Of a DNA stretch of 64,000 bases, positions 59,721-64,000 are shown piece by piece; position 1 is the first letter of the stretch; each line of letters starts with the position of its first letter. The notes under the pieces are model-generated. The model searched no databases and had not been told where the DNA came from. It was given only the letters and a program-made list of their open reading frames with translations. Source of the stretch: an uncultured cyanobacterium (GTDB lineage: Bacteria > Cyanobacteriota > Cyanobacteriia > PCC-6307 > Cyanobiaceae); NCBI GenBank assembly GCA_963765575.1, contig CAVXWZ010000001.1, positions 64,001 to 128,000 on the forward strand. Direction: 5' to 3'. A program made the position numbers and the translations under genes.

Positions 59721-61682
59721 ATGAACCGCCCCCCAGGCCACGACTGGTCCTGCCGTCCCGAGGTCGATGCCGGCCGCAGCCGCGGTGGGCGCTGGCATCG
59801 CCTCTGGACCAGTCCGCCGGGCTGCCACGGAGACAAGCTCTCCCCGGCCGCCGCCGGCCCGGCCCTGACCGTGGCCCTGGTGGGGATGCCCAACACCGGC
59901 AAGTCCACCCTCTACAACCGGCTCACCGGCGGCCATGCCCAGATCGCCAACTGGCCGGGCCTCACCGTGGAGCTGCTGCGCGGGTCGATGCCGGCCGACC
60001 GGCGCGGCCAGCGCTACACCCTGGTGGATCTCCCCGGCATTCACGATCTCAGCGGCAGCAGCGAGGACGAAGCGGTGGTGCAGCGCTTCCTGCGCCACAC
60101 CCCTCCCGCCCTGATTCTGGTGGTGGTGAACGCCAGCCAGATCACCAACCAGCTGCGCTTTGTGTTGCAGCTGCGGCGCCTGGGGATCCCCATGGTGGTG
60201 GCCCTGAACATGAGCGATGAGGCCAGCAAGCTGGGCCTGCGCATCGACCACCGGCGGCTGAGTGCCGATCTGGCCCTGGCGCTGCTGCCGATCAGCGCCA
60301 AGCGCAACCAGGGCATCCATGAGTTGCTCGATGCACTGCACCAGCTCGGCGAGGGCCTCCCCGCCGCCGATGGCACTGCGTCCCTCTCTCCTACGCCCCT
60401 CGCCACCACCCCCGAGAGCATCGATGCCGAGGCCGAAGCCCTGGCCGCCGCTGCCGTGACGCTGCCGGAGCGGCTGCTGAACCACGGCACCCGCCGGGCC
60501 GATCGCCTGCTCATGCATCCGCTGGTGGGTCTGCTGGCCTTCCTGCTGATCGTGCTGGTGATGTTCCAGCTGCTCTACGCCGTGGGCGCACCGCTGCAGG
60601 AGCTGCTGGGGCGCCTGGTCGACTGGACGCAGACGGCCGTGCTGGAGCCGCTGCTGGACGGACTCGGTGCCCCGGAGTTCCTGCGCGGTTTGCTGATCGA
60701 TGGCGTGTGGCTGGGGGTCGGCACGGTGGCCACCTTCCTGCCGATCATCTTTCTTTTTTACGTGATCATGGCGGTGGTGGAAGACTCGGGTTACCTGCCG
60801 CGGGCCGCCTTTTTGATGGACGGCTGCATGCGTTGGCTGGGCCTGGATGGCCGGGCCTTCGTGCTGCAGGTGATGGGCTTCGGCTGCAATGTGCCGTCAA
60901 TCATGGGCACCCGCGTGATCCGTGATCCCGGCATGCGCCTGCTGGCCATGCTCTGCATTCCCTTTGCCCTCTGCCAGGCCCGCCTCACCGTGTTCATCTT
61001 CATGGCGGCCGTGTTCTTTCCCCGTCCCTGGTGGGCACCGGGGCTGGTGGTGTTCGGTTTCTATGGCCTCAGCTTCCTGGCGGCGGTGATCACCGGACTG
61101 CTCTTCAAGCGGGCCTACCCCAGCCGGGAGGCCCTGATCCTGGAGTTGCCGCCCTATCGCGCGCCGAGCGTGTCCACGATCCTGCGGCGTGGCTGGAGCG
61201 CCATGCTCAATTTCCTGGTGACCACGCGCATGTTCATTGTTGTGGGCGCAGCGGCCATCTGGCTGCTCACCCACCTGCCAGCGGGGGCGGTGCAGGGCTC
61301 GGGGGCCACCATCGCCGATGGCATCGGTGAGCTGTTTCAGCCGATCCTGGGGCCGATCGGCATGAATCCGGCCCTCACGGTGTCGCTGTTCTTCGGCTTC
61401 ATCGCCAAGGAGATTCTGCTCGGCGCGATGGCGGTGATCTACGCCACCAGTGAGGGCGACCTGGGGGGGGTGCTCAGCCAGACGATCACGCCCCTGCAGG
61501 CCCTGAGCTTCATGACCTTCGTGTTGCTCTACACCCCCTGCCTGGGCACGGTGGCAGCCCAGCTTCAGGAATCCAAGAGCCGCCGCTTCACCCTGCTCTC
61601 GCTGGGATGGTCCCTGATGCTGGCCTGGATTCTGGCCCTGGTGGTGTATCAGGGAGGACGGCTGGGGATGGCGATCGCCTGA
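59721..61682 (+). CDS. feoB: ferrous iron transporter B
   Basis: GMPNTGKST, NWPGLTVE, DLPG, NMSD, EDSGYLPRAA, GFGCNVP, LYTPC. Confidence 0.95.
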   Translation: MNRPPGHDWSCRPEVDAGRSRGGRWHRLWTSPPGCHGDKLSPAAAGPALTVALVGMPNTGKSTLYNRLTGGHAQIANWPGLTVELLRGSMPADRRGQRYTLVDLPGIHDLSGSSEDEAVVQRFLRHTPPALILVVVNASQITNQLRFVLQLRRLGIPMVVALNMSDEASKLGLRIDHRRLSADLALALLPISAKRNQGIHELLDALHQLGEGLPAADGTASLSPTPLATTPESIDAEAEALAAAAVTLPERLLNHGTRRADRLLMHPLVGLLAFLLIVLVMFQLLYAVGAPLQELLGRLVDWTQTAVLEPLLDGLGAPEFLRGLLIDGVWLGVGTVATFLPIIFLFYVIMAVVEDSGYLPRAAFLMDGCMRWLGLDGRAFVLQVMGFGCNVPSIMGTRVIRDPGMRLLAMLCIPFALCQARLTVFIFMAAVFFPRPWWAPGLVVFGFYGLSFLAAVITGLLFKRAYPSREALILELPPYRAPSVSTILRRGWSAMLNFLVTTRMFIVVGAAAIWLLTHLPAGAVQGSGATIADGIGELFQPILGPIGMNPALTVSLFFGFIAKEILLGAMAVIYATSEGDLGGVLSQTITPLQALSFMTFVLLYTPCLGTVAAQLQESKSRRFTLLSLGWSLMLAWILALVVYQGGRLGMAIA

Positions 61683-61690
61683 ACTGGGCC

Positions 61691-61912
61691 TCAGAAGCTG
61701 ACGTCCATTTCGGCGGCATGTTCATGGCGAATCATGAACTCCAGCAGGCCGCAGGCCACATGCATCACGCCACCGGGCCGGCCGCGGCGCAGCACCTGCA
61801 CTTCAGCTCCTGGCTTGATGCCCATCGCCATCAATCGCGCCCGCAGGCTGTGCTGGGAGGGGAGTGATTGGATGCGGATGGAGCAGCGTTCCGGCGCGGA
61901 GCTCAGGGGCAT
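61691..61912 (-). CDS. feoA: FeoA-family protein
   Basis: RLMAMGIKPGAEVQVLR..P.GG..IR..A.. Confidence 0.85.
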   Translation of the reverse strand: MPLSSAPERCSIRIQSLPSQHSLRARLMAMGIKPGAEVQVLRRGRPGGVMHVACGLLEFMIRHEHAAEMDVSF

Positions 61913-62047
61913 GGGGAACGGGAAGGAAGTTCAACGATAGGACCGCAAGCCCCATCGGAACCGCTTCGCTGACGGCCGGGATGGCGGCGCAGCGGATGTC
62001 ACGCCGAGCTGTCTGATTGCTGACATCGACGTGTTGCCGCTGTGCGC

Positions 62048-62509
62048 TCAGCCGAACCAGTCCGGGAGGGCCTCGTAACAGGCGGCGTTCTTCTCGTTTT
62101 CGCGGGCTTCGCTCTTCCAGCAGCAGCTGCGGCCACCGTCGCGCTCCCGCAGCAGCTCATTGGCCCAGCTCCACACCAGGGCGGCGCTCGCCTCCATGCC
62201 CACGTTGGCCATCACGCGCAGATCCAGGGCACCCTGCCCATGCAACTGCCGCCAGCTGGGCAGCAGGGGGTCGTCGGCACTGGCCAGGAAGGTGTGGTCG
62301 AACTGGGCCGCGAGCCGCTGCTCCAGCTCCCGCAGACCTGAGAAATCCACCACGAAACCGTTGTCGTCGAGCCGGCTGGCCCGGAACCAGAAGCGGAAGC
62401 TGCGGCTGTAGCCGTGCACGAAGCGGCAATGGCCCCCATGGCGCCATTGGCGGTGGGTGCAGGGGTAGCCACTGAACGTCTTGCTGCAGGTGTGGAGCGG
62501 TGACGGCAT
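62048..62509 (-). CDS. queD: 6-carboxytetrahydropterin synthase
   Basis: C..VHGY, VVDFS, FDHTFL, ENEKN. Confidence 0.85.
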   Translation of the reverse strand: MPSPLHTCSKTFSGYPCTHRQWRHGGHCRFVHGYSRSFRFWFRASRLDDNGFVVDFSGLRELEQRLAAQFDHTFLASADDPLLPSWRQLHGQGALDLRVMANVGMEASAALVWSWANELLRERDGGRSCCWKSEARENEKNAACYEALPDWFG

Positions 62510-62543
62510 GGGGGAGGATCGAGGCAGCGGCAGCGCCAGGGCC

Positions 62544-63224
62544 TTGCAAGCATCATTTCAGCCCCCCGATCCGGCCTTCATCGCCGCCTTGCGTTTCAAC
62601 GACGCCGGCCTGCTTCCGGCCGTGGCCCAGGACTGGCTGGACGGCGCCGTGCTGATGGTCGCCTGGATGAACCGGGAGGCGATCGAGGCCACCTGTGCCA
62701 CTGGAGAGGTTCACTACTGGAGCCGCTCCCGCCAGCAGCTCTGGCACAAGGGCGCCACCAGCGGCCACATCCAGACCTTGCGGGGCCTGCGCTACGACTG
62801 CGACGCCGACGTGCTGTTGCTCACGGTGGAGCAGCGCGGCGAGGTGGCCTGCCACACCGGCGCCCGCAGCTGTTTCTACGAGGACGGACCCCAGCCCACG
62901 GCGGGGGGTGCCAGTGCTGCGCCGCCACCGGCCGACGCCTGCACCGAGCTGATGCGGGTGATCGAAGGCCGCCGGCTGCGGCCCGAGCCTGGCAGTTACA
63001 CCAACACGCTGCTGGAGGGAGGGGACAACCGCATCCTCAAGAAGATCGGTGAGGAGAGCGTCGAGTTCGTGATGGCCTGCAAGGACGGCCAGGCCGCCGA
63101 GATCGCTTCAGAGGCCGCCGACCTGGTGTTCCACCTGCAGGTGGCCCTGGCCCACCATGGCGTGGGCTGGCGACAGGTGCAGCAGGTGCTGGCGCACCGC
63201 CGCGGCGCGCCGCGGCGTTCCTGA
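62544..63224 (+). CDS. hisIE: phosphoribosyl-AMP cyclohydrolase / phosphoribosyl-ATP pyrophosphatase
   Basis: [40 protein letters not shown]; start approximate. Confidence 0.95.
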   Translation: MQASFQPPDPAFIAALRFNDAGLLPAVAQDWLDGAVLMVAWMNREAIEATCATGEVHYWSRSRQQLWHKGATSGHIQTLRGLRYDCDADVLLLTVEQRGEVACHTGARSCFYEDGPQPTAGGASAAPPPADACTELMRVIEGRRLRPEPGSYTNTLLEGGDNRILKKIGEESVEFVMACKDGQAAEIASEAADLVFHLQVALAHHGVGWRQVQQVLAHRRGAPRRS

Positions 63225-63275
63225 CCCAGAGCCAGCGCGCTTGAGACCGGGGCGGCGGGCTCCTAGCCTGAGCTG

Positions 63276-64000
63276 ATGTTGACAACGGTTCCCACCCCCA
63301 GTGCCGCTGCGGGGCCAGGCGCCCAGCCCGGGCCCCCTCCAGGCCCCGTGGCCGACCGGGAGTGCGTGCTGGAGGTGGACGGTCTGACCGTGGGTTGGGG
63401 AGCGGCGGTCGCGGAGCGGCCGGCGGTGGAAAACGTGAGCTTCCGCCTCGCCGCCGAGACGGACACCGCCCTGGTGGGCCCCAATGGCGCCGGCAAGAGC
63501 ACCCTGGTGCAGGCCGTGCTCGGCATCCTGCCCCGCCAGGCCGGAGCGGTGCGGGTGCTGGGGGCGCCGCTCTCGGCCAGTGGCCGACTGCCGGCGGCCG
63601 TGCGCGCCCAGGTGGCCTACCTGCCCCAGCAGGTGACGGTGAACGGCCGCTTCCCGCTCACGGTGGCGGAGGTGGTGGGCCTGGGTTGGGAGCCCAGCGG
63701 CCTGCGCCTTCCCTGGAGCGGACGCCGGGGCCGCAGCGCCGCCGTGCGGGTGGCCCTGGAGCGCACCGGCTGCAGCGACCTGGCCGGGCGCCTGATCAGT
63801 GAGCTGTCCACCGGCCAGTGGAAGCGGGTGCTGCTGGCCTTCTGCGTCGTGCGTCCGCGGCGGCTGCTGGTGCTCGATGAAGCCCAGGCGGGGCTGGATC
63901 CCCAGGCCGCCGACCAATTCCTGCGCCTGTTGTTCGACCTGCGCCGCAGTCAGGGCTGGGCCGTGCTGCAGATCTCCCACGACCTGGAGATGGTGCGACG
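63276..64000 (+). CDS. znuC: metal (Zn-type) ABC ATP-binding protein, partial
   Basis: Not in the ORF track (no stop in window): GPNGAGKSTL, YLPQ, LSTGQWKR, LDEAQAGLD, ISHDL. Confidence 0.8.
   Translation, partial: MLTTVPTPSAAAGPGAQPGPPPGPVADRECVLEVDGLTVGWGAAVAERPAVENVSFRLAAETDTALVGPNGAGKSTLVQAVLGILPRQAGAVRVLGAPLSASGRLPAAVRAQVAYLPQQVTVNGRFPLTVAEVVGLGWEPSGLRLPWSGRRGRSAAVRVALERTGCSDLAGRLISELSTGQWKRVLLAFCVVRPRRLLVLDEAQAGLDPQAADQFLRLLFDLRRSQGWAVLQISHDLEMVR
63280..63294 (+). promoter_or_regulatory. putative Zur box at znuC-like gene start
   Basis: TGACAACGGTTCCCA resembles the boxes at 51561 and 55124. Confidence 0.4.

Noticed and set aside
62048..63224. queD and hisIE as zinc-starvation paralogues
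   Set aside because: Normal metal-ligand motifs retained and no operator seen upstream; most simply housekeeping genes.
12494..63980. Many long alternative-frame or antisense ORFs (e.g. 21377-23704, 49849-52050, 26238-27779)
   Set aside because: Shadows of real genes in high-GC DNA; Ala/Gly/Arg/Pro/Gln/His-rich with no motifs.
1..64000. tRNA, rRNA, integrase, transposase or phage genes
   Set aside because: None recognised by eye; tRNAscan-SE and ISEScan would be needed to exclude them formally.

Overview
GC-rich picocyanobacterial chromosome segment (Cyanobium/Synechococcus-like, inferred from hemL, xth, SLH porin, futABC and hisIE). Four blocks. (1) About 0.17-12.2 kb: a visibly lower-GC accessory island between a type II NADH dehydrogenase-like gene and yccF. 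It holds a decayed hicAB toxin-antitoxin pair, a DUF1400 alpha/beta hydrolase, a small K+ channel, a FUSC/DUF1656/HlyD efflux trio, an AI-2E pseudogene bracketed by a 7-bp direct repeat, and DUF47-PiT phosphate transport. (2) 12.2-25.9 kb: mostly core genes (Nramp, hemL, glcD, xth, larC, fur) plus a second DUF1400 hydrolase. (3) 25.9-43.2 kb: an accessory organosulfate/envelope block (SulP, HAD phosphatase, AraC, arylsulfatase, FGE, DUF1622, DUF202, two bile-acid-symporter copies, two MscS, DUF819, steroid-reductase-like, OM barrel, secreted K/N-rich protein), partly riddled with 1-bp frameshifts. (4) 43.3-64 kb: a ~21-kb metal-homeostasis cluster (futABC + porin, HupE, COG0523, Zur-like regulator, DUF318/TIGR03943 permease operon, ZnuA, MntCAB, ferritin, FeoB/FeoA, ZnuC-like) with a recurring TGAGAATnATTCTCA-like operator. 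The best novelty candidates are a 51-aa Cys/Lys-rich microprotein behind such an operator, an operator-linked three-gene DUF318/TIGR03943/periplasmic module, and the sulfatase module. All family calls come from motif recognition by eye; no searches were run.
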